64,000 bases of DNA from Armatimonadota bacterium. GTDB taxonomy: Bacteria; Armatimonadota; HRBIN16. The translations under genes and the position numbers were made by a program. Positions 28,642-37,527 of the stretch are shown here, piece by piece (position 1 is the stretch's first letter; each line of letters opens with the position of its first letter). The stretch is taken from positions 4,608,001 through 4,672,000 of the forward strand of contig OY781964.1 in NCBI GenBank assembly GCA_963677485.1, given 5' to 3'. Below the pieces are notes generated by a model. The model worked only from the letters and a program-made list of their open reading frames with translations. It ran no database searches and was not told the DNA's origin.

Positions 28642-29334
28642 ATGACCAAATCACATCTAACCATTGCGGCATCCCTCTGCACTCTATTTATGACGGCCTC
28701 AGCCATGGCGCTGACACTCAAGGATGTCAAACCGGATTACTGGAAGGCAGTGGCCAGTATACCTGCGCCTCAAGGCAGCTCACCACTGAAGAGTTTTGCT
28801 TACACCCAGATGTGCCAGGATACCCAAGCCTTATTCAACCAGTGGCTTGGTGTGACCAAAACGGAACTCAGCAAACGAAAGCCGCGGTTCCCATTCGATC
28901 TGTCAGTCACCACCACATATGGCGTATGCAATGACCGGCTGGTGAGTGGACTGCGTGTGATGACCTCCGAGTTCGGTGGAGCGCATCCTACCGCCGCGCT
29001 TAAGGCCTATAGCTTCGGCCTGGTAAAGGGACAACCCAAACGGCTCATCTTGCGCGACTTACTGTCCATTGGTGTCACTCCCGATACCGTGGTGACGGAA
29101 TTAGTGCTGCCGGCGTTAAACCTAATGAAGGCGATACGCGGTGGCGAAGCAGCGCAGGAACTGACGGCCAGCCAAATCAACAGCATACTGGTGACTAAGA
29201 GTGGAATCACCTGGGTGTTTGGTCCCTATGAAGTAGGTCCTTGGGTAGAAGGCGACTATCAAGTCAAGATCCCATGGAGCAGGCTGAAGGGGTATCTGAA
29301 CCCCACAGGGCCCGTGGGGTCCTTGTTGAAATAG
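28642..29334 (+). CDS. DUF3298/DUF4163 (RsiV/PdaC-like) exported protein; start moved to 28642
   Basis: FGGAHP and FGPYEVGPWVEG motifs; signal peptide ending AMA; GGAGG RBS. Confidence 0.8.
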   Translation: MTKSHLTIAASLCTLFMTASAMALTLKDVKPDYWKAVASIPAPQGSSPLKSFAYTQMCQDTQALFNQWLGVTKTELSKRKPRFPFDLSVTTTYGVCNDRLVSGLRVMTSEFGGAHPTAALKAYSFGLVKGQPKRLILRDLLSIGVTPDTVVTELVLPALNLMKAIRGGEAAQELTASQINSILVTKSGITWVFGPYEVGPWVEGDYQVKIPWSRLKGYLNPTGPVGSLLK

Positions 29335-29346
29335 CAGCTTGGCTGC

Positions 29347-29395
29347 CAGACCCACAGATCACACCAACATTTTGTGTGTGTGATCTGTGGGTCTG
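29347..29395. terminator. Perfect 18-bp hairpin between convergent genes
   Basis: cagacccacagatcacac / gtgtgatctgtgggtctg. Confidence 0.75.
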
Positions 29396-29402
29396 AAGAT
29401 AT

Positions 29403-30617
29403 CTATTTCATCTTCTTCAGTTCGTTGTAGAGCTTGTCAATCTCGGCAGAGGTGATGGTGCGGCGCATCACACGGATTTTGTCGTAGCGATAGTTGTATT
29501 CGGGCGATGCACCATCGGCAGCTCCACCGATCTGGGTGGCGTAATAGAGGTAGATGGTGTAGTTCTTGCCCACTTTTTCCACATATGCTTCGGGTACGTG
29601 GACGGCGGGTGCTTCTGGTTCAGAGTTGATATGCCCCAGCACTTTCCACTTCAGACCATCGATGGAGACCGCCTCGGTGAACTTGCGGCCACGCCAGGGG
29701 TCTTGGATACCTTCCACACTTGGATCACCATAAGCAAAAAGCAGTTTGCCTACGCGTACCATATCAGGGTTCGGGAACCATATCAGTGCCGGATTCTCGT
29801 CGGCCGCGATGAGCTTCCATTGTTTTGGGTCGGTGAACTCACCTTTGCATTCAGCATAGCCCATCGAGATGCCTTTCGTGTAGAAATAGTCGAACCAAAG
29901 CCGGAACTTGCCGTTTTCAAACATGATTGACGGGCGTGCATACATCCCCATCAGGCAGGCTTCGCCCAGCGGATCAACGCCTAGAGCGCCATATTCCTTC
30001 GCGTAGGTCATCAGAGGTGCATCCATCTGCTTCCAATTCACGCCGTCCGCGCTGACCGCACCCGCCACACAGCAGTAAGCACCATCAATGTCCTTGTCGG
30101 CATCAGCCGGATTGCTGAACTTGTAATAACCGTCTTTGTCGTATCCGGTCGAGGTGTAGACCATGTAGTATTTGCCTTTTGCGAAAACCACGCTGGGATC
30201 ACCGTTATGCCAGCTATCCCAGAAGAGGTTTCGAGCATAGACACATGGTCGCCACAATGAGGCCGTCATGCTGCCATCCCACACATTGTCGTGGCTCCAT
30301 ATCTCCCATGGGCCATCTGGCGTTTTCGCGCGCGCAGCGAAGATGGCGTCGCCGCCAGTGTAACCAGGGATGCTGCGGTTGAGATCGGCTGTCGCCCAGC
30401 CGAAGAACCAGCCGCGATATGGGTAGGATTTGTCTTTGACCTTGATCACATGCAGGTTGTACATGTTGTTGAAGTTGGTGATCAGTGTCTTGCCGTTGCG
30501 CTGCCACTGCGCAGTGATATCGCGGTTGAAGTCTTCGGGGTGGGGCATTTGGGCTATTGACACACAGCAGAGTGCTAACATCAATGCAGTCGCTACGAAG
30601 GTGGTTTTGGTGCGCAT
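29403..30617 (-). CDS. Secreted five-bladed beta-propeller glycoside hydrolase-like protein
   Basis: Blade motifs GDPSVVF..GKYYMVYT, SADGVNW, ARPSIMF..FRLWF, SIDGLKW; signal peptide. Confidence 0.7.
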   Translation of the reverse strand: MRTKTTFVATALMLALCCVSIAQMPHPEDFNRDITAQWQRNGKTLITNFNNMYNLHVIKVKDKSYPYRGWFFGWATADLNRSIPGYTGGDAIFAARAKTPDGPWEIWSHDNVWDGSMTASLWRPCVYARNLFWDSWHNGDPSVVFAKGKYYMVYTSTGYDKDGYYKFSNPADADKDIDGAYCCVAGAVSADGVNWKQMDAPLMTYAKEYGALGVDPLGEACLMGMYARPSIMFENGKFRLWFDYFYTKGISMGYAECKGEFTDPKQWKLIAADENPALIWFPNPDMVRVGKLLFAYGDPSVEGIQDPWRGRKFTEAVSIDGLKWKVLGHINSEPEAPAVHVPEAYVEKVGKNYTIYLYYATQIGGAADGASPEYNYRYDKIRVMRRTITSAEIDKLYNELKKMK

Positions 30618-30768
30618 AGGTTTCTCCAGTGGATGGTTGTTACTCAGATTGTATAACTATTCGGAAAGAACTTCTACAAAGGAATATCGAAAACCGCTGT
30701 GGCATGAGCATTCCAGCCAAAAAGACAGTATCATCACGGTAATGAACATTTCATTTCGAGGTGAATCC

Positions 30769-33393
30769 ATGACTCGTAGTTGTCAGTTCTCAGTGATTGC
30801 TGTGGCGGTGCTGTCTACCTGCTTGGCTCAGGCCGCACCGTTGAGCGTACGTGTGGAAAGTCGATCGGGTGCCCCACGGATTTTGGTCAATAACAAACCG
30901 GTACGCGCTCGCATATTCTACGGCCAACCACAAGCGGGCTTACTACCCATCAAGGCGAAAGCACAGATGGTTGAATACGAGTTTGTGGCCAGTCAGACCG
31001 CGAGTGAGATCGCCACGATGCATCTTCGGTATGGACACCTGGCTGGAGAGTTGTATGTGGACAACATCCATGTCGTTGATACGGGCACGGGGGCAGATGC
31101 TTTTCCTGAGTGCACCTTTGAGGGTGGGCTCACCTCATTTACCAACTCATGGGGGGTGTGGCCTCAAGCCGAGAACAACACGGTGGGTCAAATTAGCGTT
31201 GAGCCTGGCGTGGGGCAGAACGGATCGGCTGGGCTGCACATCAAGATCAACAACCCGCCGAATAACAACTGGCCTGATTTTCACATGTATTATACCGGGA
31301 AGATGAGCATTATTGAGGGTCACAGTTACAAAGTCTCCTTCTGGGTAAACTCGACTACAGAGCGTGATATTACAAACACGTTTTATCGGCCAGGCGACTC
31401 ATACACGATGCTCGGAGGGCCTCCTGGGCACTTCGAATCACAAGTCAAACTGGCGGCTTCAGCCGGAGTGGACTTTGTGAGCACAGCCATACCGTTGCCT
31501 TGGCCGAAACACGGTCAACCGGAGGACTGGCTCAGCGTAGAATCTGTGCTGAACAATGCCATCAAGGCTAACCCCAAAGTCTTGTTGATTCCGAGGATCG
31601 GTGTCACAGCACCAAACTGGTGGTTTGAGGAACATCCTGACGAGCAGATGAAGTGGGAGAGCGGCAGCCATCCTCTGACGGCCTCACCAGTGTCTGACCT
31701 GTTCAAACGAGAAGCGTCTGTCAGACTTCAAAAGCTCATAGAGCATCTAGAAACCTCTATGGGGCAGCACATCGCGGGATACCATTTGAACGGCCAAAAC
31801 ACCGGTGAATGGTTCTATATGGATAGCTGGGAGCGGCCTCTGAACGGCTATTCCGAATGCGACAAGCTGTCGTTCCGTCAGTGGTTAACAACAAAATACA
31901 AGACCGATGCAGCACTGCGAAAGGCCTGGAATCAAACCGACGCCAGTTTGATGTCCGTTGAAGTTCCCAGTGCGGCCGCGCGTCACAGCAGCCCGGGCGG
32001 AATCTTCCGCGACCCGAGGACCGAACGATCTGTGATGGATTTCGTGGAGTTCCAGCAGAAGAGCATGGCAGACACGGTGTGCGACTATTCGGCGGTGGTG
32101 CGTAAAGCCACTGCTGGACGCAAGCTGGTGCTGGTGTTCTATGGCTATGTGTTTGAATTCGCGCCGATGTCCACTGGTGCTGGGTCATCTGGACACTATG
32201 CTCTGCGGCAGATTCTGAATAGCCCGAATATCGACATCGTCTGCTCTCCAATATCGTATGGTGACCGCGGTAGGGGACAGTCTGGTCCGTGTATGACCAC
32301 TGCGGAGAGTGTGACCATGGCCGGTAAGATGTGGCTGAACGAGGACGACACTCGCACCTACTTAACGAAAGAGGAAAATTTCCCCGGAGCCGAACACATT
32401 TTGACTTCAGCCGAACAGACTAACGAGTTGCTGACCCGCAATGTGGCCCAAGAAGCGACCCGCAACTTTGCCACCTGGTGGATGGATCTGCCCGCAACGG
32501 GATGGTATGACGATCCGGCCTTGTGGGCTCGAATGAAGCAGTTGGCTCCTCTGGATGATTATTTCGTTAGAAATGCCATACCATATAAACCGGAAATCGC
32601 ATTGGTACTCGACGAAAAGAGCATGCTGATGTTATCCGACGGGGCGGACAAGGTCGCAGGACCACTGGTCGCGGAGGTTCGCCGTGAGTTGAGCCGCGTA
32701 GGAGCACCATACGGGCAGTATCTACTGGATGATGTGGTGAACGGTAAGGTCAAGGCGAAGATGTATGTGTTTGCCGCGGCCTGGAGGCTGGACTCTAAAC
32801 AGAGAGCGGCTCTGCTGAAGGCTACCAAAGGCAGCGTATGCATCTGGGCATATGCTCCTGGGTATTTCGACGGGCTCTCGCCTTCGATCCAGTCGATGAA
32901 GCAGCTAACTGGGTTCGCAGTCAAGAAGATCGAGCTGCCACAATCCTATGCTATTCCTGCGAGCAAGGAACTTAAGGGCAGCATGTTCTATGTACGGCCT
33001 GAGAAGATGTCACCGACCTTCGCGGTGACAGATGCTAAACAGCCGGAAATTCAAGCGAAGTATCCTAATGGCTCTGTGGCTGTGACCGTGCGTAAGCGCG
33101 AGGGCGGTGTCTCGGTGTTCTGGGGCACGCCAGGCTGGAACAGACTGCTGCTGCGTAAACTGGCCGCTTCAGCCGGGATACACCTCTATGCACAGCAGGA
33201 TTGCGTGGTGTATGCCAACGGCGACGTGCTGGCGGTGCATTCGGTCAAAGACGGCAAAGTTCAGATTGATACAGGCCGTAAGGATCCGGTATTCGATCTG
33301 CTGACCGGAGCAAAGTTAGGCGTGGGGCCGAAGATCACCTTGACGATGGACTATTCACAAACACGTGTGTTGAAGATTGGCCCCATGAAGTAA
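30769..33393 (+). CDS. Secreted GH42-like beta-galactosidase-family hydrolase with an inserted CBM-like domain; start moved to 30769
   Basis: GQNTGEWFY, FRQWLTTKYKTDAALRKAW, SPISY, NEDDTRT; signal ending AQA; GAGGTG RBS. Confidence 0.8.
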   Translation: MTRSCQFSVIAVAVLSTCLAQAAPLSVRVESRSGAPRILVNNKPVRARIFYGQPQAGLLPIKAKAQMVEYEFVASQTASEIATMHLRYGHLAGELYVDNIHVVDTGTGADAFPECTFEGGLTSFTNSWGVWPQAENNTVGQISVEPGVGQNGSAGLHIKINNPPNNNWPDFHMYYTGKMSIIEGHSYKVSFWVNSTTERDITNTFYRPGDSYTMLGGPPGHFESQVKLAASAGVDFVSTAIPLPWPKHGQPEDWLSVESVLNNAIKANPKVLLIPRIGVTAPNWWFEEHPDEQMKWESGSHPLTASPVSDLFKREASVRLQKLIEHLETSMGQHIAGYHLNGQNTGEWFYMDSWERPLNGYSECDKLSFRQWLTTKYKTDAALRKAWNQTDASLMSVEVPSAAARHSSPGGIFRDPRTERSVMDFVEFQQKSMADTVCDYSAVVRKATAGRKLVLVFYGYVFEFAPMSTGAGSSGHYALRQILNSPNIDIVCSPISYGDRGRGQSGPCMTTAESVTMAGKMWLNEDDTRTYLTKEENFPGAEHILTSAEQTNELLTRNVAQEATRNFATWWMDLPATGWYDDPALWARMKQLAPLDDYFVRNAIPYKPEIALVLDEKSMLMLSDGADKVAGPLVAEVRRELSRVGAPYGQYLLDDVVNGKVKAKMYVFAAAWRLDSKQRAALLKATKGSVCIWAYAPGYFDGLSPSIQSMKQLTGFAVKKIELPQSYAIPASKELKGSMFYVRPEKMSPTFAVTDAKQPEIQAKYPNGSVAVTVRKREGGVSVFWGTPGWNRLLLRKLAASAGIHLYAQQDCVVYANGDVLAVHSVKDGKVQIDTGRKDPVFDLLTGAKLGVGPKITLTMDYSQTRVLKIGPMK

Positions 33394-33403
33394 GAACAGA
33401 TCA

Positions 33404-33442
33404 CACCACCAGCCTTTGGATATTGTTCTTAGGCTGGTGGTG
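33404..33442. terminator. Hairpin between convergent genes
   Basis: caccaccagcct / aggctggtggtg perfect 12-bp stem. Confidence 0.7.
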
Positions 33443-33449
33443 GACACTC

Positions 33450-34853
33450 TCAGCCGCTTGCGGTATCTGCAGCCGTTGTGGCGAGTGGGTGGCGTTTGTG
33501 CCCCAAGTCCAGCGTGTTTTCGAGCAATCCTTGAAAATGGGGAAGCAGTCCAGCCCGGATAACAGCCGTCCAGAACCATTCACTGCGCTTCCAGCCAACC
33601 GCGTAAGCTAGATGCTGGATTCGTCCTGGCAGGCTATTTCTCGTAAGACAGCTCTTCCAGATACTCGATAAAGAATAGAACCGGCGGTAGCTTCGCCAGT
33701 AACCCTCCTCCAACTGACTAGGTGTCATGTGCAGCGGCTGGTATACACAATGTCTTGTGTCGTACATGTCCCAATCGTCAGTCAGTATACGCCCTTGCTG
33801 TTTCATCTGTTGGTATATGGCGCTGCCCGGATACGGTGTCAGTATATGAAAAGTGGCGGTCTCTAGACCCATCTCAAGAGCCCAGTCTACTGTGGCATCA
33901 AAGACATCCGTATCTTCAGCGTCAGCACCGAAAACAAAACTGGCGTTCGCCATCACCCCGCACTCTCGCAGCCTTCTCACAGCCCGGTGGTAGTCCGCAA
34001 CGGTGTTCTGGTATTTGTGATGCTCCCTCAAGCTTGCTGGGTTAATACTCTCAAATCCGATGAACAGACTACGCAGTCCTGCTTCTGCGGCAGATTCGAG
34101 CAGCCCGGGCTGCAAAATAGACGCGACCGTCGCAGCCCCCTGAAACACACGGTTCATCCTGCGCATCTCCGTGAAAAGCTGTTTCGCAAATGCCGGTGCA
34201 CCGAACAAGTGGTCGTCCAGAAAGAACAGGTGCCGGCCAGGCAACTGTTGGATCTGCTCTAGAGCATCGTCGACCCGCTGTGTGTAAAAGGAGGCTCCAC
34301 CGTCGTAGAAGGAGTGCTTATAACAAAACTCGCAGTTGTGAGGGCAACCTCGGCTGACGACCAGTGAGTTAGGCGTCAGATACCGCTCGCGTTTGATCAG
34401 GTCACGCCGTGGCTGAGGCATCCCACCCAGTGTGCGTGTGGTCGACCGATAGAGGCGCTCAGGAGTTCCCCTTAGCAGGTCCTGTAGATACCTTGGCCAC
34501 GCTTCCTCCGCCGGACCCAGTATCACGGTGTCGGCGTGTTGCAAGGCCTCATCGGGCAGAGCTGTGGTATGCAGGCCTCCCAACACCACCCGCACACCGC
34601 GTCGTCGATAATGGTCGGCTATCCGGTACGAGCGGTTGGCTGATGTAGCATAGACCTCGATGCCAACGAGCTCAGGTGTGTCGTCTAGAGTAAGTTCCTC
34701 CACATGTTCGTCAACAATTTCTACGGTGTGTGGGTCGGTGATGTAGCTGGCTAACGTAGCTAGTCCGAGTGGTGGGAACAGCGAATACTTCAGTGGTCGC
34801 CATTCGGGGCTATTGGCTTCTTTCAAACGGGGAAGGATTAACTTAACGTGCAT
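33450..34853 (-). CDS. B12-binding radical SAM protein; start probably 34853
   Basis: PPLGLATLAS, VVLGGLH, SRGCPHNCEFC (CxxxCxxC), GFES, TPYPG. Confidence 0.92.
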   Translation of the reverse strand: MHVKLILPRLKEANSPEWRPLKYSLFPPLGLATLASYITDPHTVEIVDEHVEELTLDDTPELVGIEVYATSANRSYRIADHYRRRGVRVVLGGLHTTALPDEALQHADTVILGPAEEAWPRYLQDLLRGTPERLYRSTTRTLGGMPQPRRDLIKRERYLTPNSLVVSRGCPHNCEFCYKHSFYDGGASFYTQRVDDALEQIQQLPGRHLFFLDDHLFGAPAFAKQLFTEMRRMNRVFQGAATVASILQPGLLESAAEAGLRSLFIGFESINPASLREHHKYQNTVADYHRAVRRLRECGVMANASFVFGADAEDTDVFDATVDWALEMGLETATFHILTPYPGSAIYQQMKQQGRILTDDWDMYDTRHCVYQPLHMTPSQLEEGYWRSYRRFYSLSSIWKSCLTRNSLPGRIQHLAYAVGWKRSEWFWTAVIRAGLLPHFQGLLENTLDLGHKRHPLATTAADTASG

Positions 34854-34915
34854 GGTATCATCTCCCTGGCTTTCGTGATACATATCATACGATACCAGAG
34901 CATACATACGTTACA

Positions 34916-36772
34916 TCATATTCGTTTGAATTTCTGATCCAACTCCTGGTTTGTCATGGTGAGTATCACGGGACGGCCATGGGGGCAGAGGTAGGGGTTC
35001 TCGGTTTCTGCCAGGTCGGAAAGCAGGCGTTCCATTTCGGGTGTCTCAAGGATGTCGCCAGACTTGACCGCCATCTTGCACGCGGTGGTGGCGACTAACT
35101 GCTCAAAGCTGAGGGGGAGGCGTCTCTGTACGCTTAGCTCCGTCATCTCCTCCAGCATATCCTTAACTGTCTTCACCATGTCGGCGGATTTAATCCAGGC
35201 CGGTACGCCGCGTATGGCAAAGGCGTCCACACCAAACGGCTGCAGGAGAAAGCCCAGAGTGCGCAGCGATTCCAGCTTGCTGGCTGACAGCGCCGCGGTC
35301 CGCCGGTCCACATAGATCACCTCAGGGCTCAGCAACTGGGTAATGGGAATCGGGTTGGTCTCGCGTAATACGGTCAGTTTCTCGTAAAGAACCCTCTCAT
35401 GGGCTACGTGTTGGTCGATGATCAATAACCCTTCATCGGTGGCGGCGATGATATAAGTCGTTTTGACCTGCCCAAGGATTCGGAAGCCCTCCAACATCTT
35501 CTTGTAGGGTTTCCGTAAAGATTCACTCGGTGCAGCAACGGCGAATGGGTCATACTCTTCGTCGCCTTGGGTAGTCTGAACGGCTGGGATAGATATGGTG
35601 CCCAACTCAAGGCCTGTCTTTTGTTCAAGCGCATCGTGGAACTGGCTCATATTCGGCAGAGAGATCGGGTTAGGCGATAGTTGCGGCCGCATGTAGCCTG
35701 GCATCGGATTTGAGGCAGGCTGGTCAAATTGCATCGGTTCCGTCTGCATTGCGGTCGGCATCATGCCCCCGTCAATTAAAGCGGATCGGATGGCTTGCCT
35801 GACCAGGTGGTAAATCTGGTTGTCCAGTTCGAATTTCACTTCGGCTTTGGACGGGTGTACATTCACATCAACCGCCTCTGGAGGCAGGTTGATAAACACC
35901 GCGCAGGCCGGAAACCTGTTCTCCGGGGTGATCGACCGAAATGCGTCGTCCAGTGCGCGGGTCAACACGCGATGACGCACCAGCCGCTTATTGACAAAGA
36001 AGCTCTGCATCGCACGATTGGCCCGTGACACATGGGGAGGTGAGACATAGCCGTCCACACTCATGTGTCCCATTTGAAACATGATCGGCCGCATTTCACG
36101 TGCGACCTCTCGTCCAAACACAGCCATGACTACGTTCTTGGGGTCTGATGCTCCCTGGCTGGTTAACAACACCGTTCCGTTGTGTTCCAGCTTGAACCGC
36201 ACAGCCGGGTTGACCAGAGCCAACCGTCCAACGACCTCAACGATGTGCCCAAGTTCGGTAGGGGTTGACTTTAGAAACTTCTGTCGGGCTGGAGTATTGA
36301 AAAACAGCTCCTTCACGGTGATGGTGGTTCCCACCAGCGCAGATAGCTCCTGAGCCGTCACCACCTCGCCGGCCTCAATAACAAGCTGGAAAGCCACGGC
36401 ATCATTAGGACGGCGTGTCAGGATCTCAAACCGCGAGACGGAGGCTATACTGGGCAGTGCTTCGCCGCGGAACCCTAATGTAGTGATATGGGGCAGATCA
36501 TCTGCATCTGATATCTTGCTGGTAGCATGACGCTGGATGGCAAGCAGTGCGTCAGCTGGACTCATGCCTGTTCCATCATCTTGAACACAGATGAGCTGTT
36601 TACCGCCGTCCTGAAGCACGATGCTGATGCTTGTGGCACCAGCATCCAGGCTGTTTTCTACCAGTTCCTTGACTACAGAAACCGGCCTTTCGACAACCTC
36701 GCCAGCGGCTATCCGGTTGGCGGTATGCTCATCTAGCAGTCGTACGAGGCACTCCGAATTCTGAGTATCCAC
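34916..36772 (-). CDS. mutL: DNA mismatch repair endonuclease MutL
   Basis: IAAGEVVERP, GFRGEAL, DVNVHPSK, DQHVAHER, ACK, CPHGRP. Confidence 0.98.
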   Translation of the reverse strand: MDTQNSECLVRLLDEHTANRIAAGEVVERPVSVVKELVENSLDAGATSISIVLQDGGKQLICVQDDGTGMSPADALLAIQRHATSKISDADDLPHITTLGFRGEALPSIASVSRFEILTRRPNDAVAFQLVIEAGEVVTAQELSALVGTTITVKELFFNTPARQKFLKSTPTELGHIVEVVGRLALVNPAVRFKLEHNGTVLLTSQGASDPKNVVMAVFGREVAREMRPIMFQMGHMSVDGYVSPPHVSRANRAMQSFFVNKRLVRHRVLTRALDDAFRSITPENRFPACAVFINLPPEAVDVNVHPSKAEVKFELDNQIYHLVRQAIRSALIDGGMMPTAMQTEPMQFDQPASNPMPGYMRPQLSPNPISLPNMSQFHDALEQKTGLELGTISIPAVQTTQGDEEYDPFAVAAPSESLRKPYKKMLEGFRILGQVKTTYIIAATDEGLLIIDQHVAHERVLYEKLTVLRETNPIPITQLLSPEVIYVDRRTAALSASKLESLRTLGFLLQPFGVDAFAIRGVPAWIKSADMVKTVKDMLEEMTELSVQRRLPLSFEQLVATTACKMAVKSGDILETPEMERLLSDLAETENPYLCPHGRPVILTMTNQELDQKFKRI

Positions 36773-36777
36773 CAGGC

Positions 36778-37413
36778 TTACTTTTTACTTTTTGTTTTTG
36801 AAGTACTAGCCTTGGATGCGGCTAACTGTTTTGTCTCCGCAGGGGATAAGCGTGTGGTGATCGAACCTATCTCCGCGATGTATTTCTTCGCCCGCTCAGT
36901 CATCATGGTATATTCCGGGTTGTTTTCTGTCTTGCCCATTTTAGCGAGTGCAGTGGCATGTTCAGTGGCGATTGCTAATTGACGTCTGAGCAGCTTAACC
37001 TTCGCGATTTGTTCCCCACCAACCACACTGGGATTGGCGACCTGCACGCGAGCAGTGATCATTTTAGCGATCTGTTTTTCCATCGTCTTCATGTGCTGCT
37101 CATATCCGATGAGCTTAGCCCGCAACACATTTCGTTGTTTGGACAATGCCGCGCGTTTCGCGGGATCCTTCTCGTCCATGATGGCGAGATTGAGCTTTGT
37201 CAGAGTATTAACAGTGGCATCACGCTGGTCCACGATCTTCTTTCGCGCAGTAGCAATACTTCGTTCTTTTTGGGATGCAGGCGGAATGTCCTTTTGGTCG
37301 AACTTCCTAAGGTCTGTGGTAGGTGGTGCGTCAGGGGCTTGAGCTGATGCTGTCAAGGGTAGCATTATACATAATAAACCTGACAATGTGGCTAGAATTC
37401 TGAATGTTTTCAA
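36778..37413 (-). CDS. Hypothetical exported, basic, coiled-coil protein
   Basis: Signal peptide ending ASA-Q; helical heptads; Lys/Ser-rich tail; AGGAG RBS before TTG. Confidence 0.7.
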   Translation of the reverse strand: MKTFRILATLSGLLCIMLPLTASAQAPDAPPTTDLRKFDQKDIPPASQKERSIATARKKIVDQRDATVNTLTKLNLAIMDEKDPAKRAALSKQRNVLRAKLIGYEQHMKTMEKQIAKMITARVQVANPSVVGGEQIAKVKLLRRQLAIATEHATALAKMGKTENNPEYTMMTERAKKYIAEIGSITTRLSPAETKQLAASKASTSKTKSKK

Positions 37414-37527
37414 TATGATGTATCTCCTAATGATAGCTGATCAGGTATATTATATAGCGACTCATGCTTACGCGAGATAAACTATACACGGTATGCATTT
37501 ATAAATACGCGAAACGAGGAGATTTCT

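Noticed and set aside
30430-30768. 113-aa N-terminal extension of the GH42-like ORF
   Set aside because: Overlaps the divergent gene; RBS and signal peptide indicate a start at 30769
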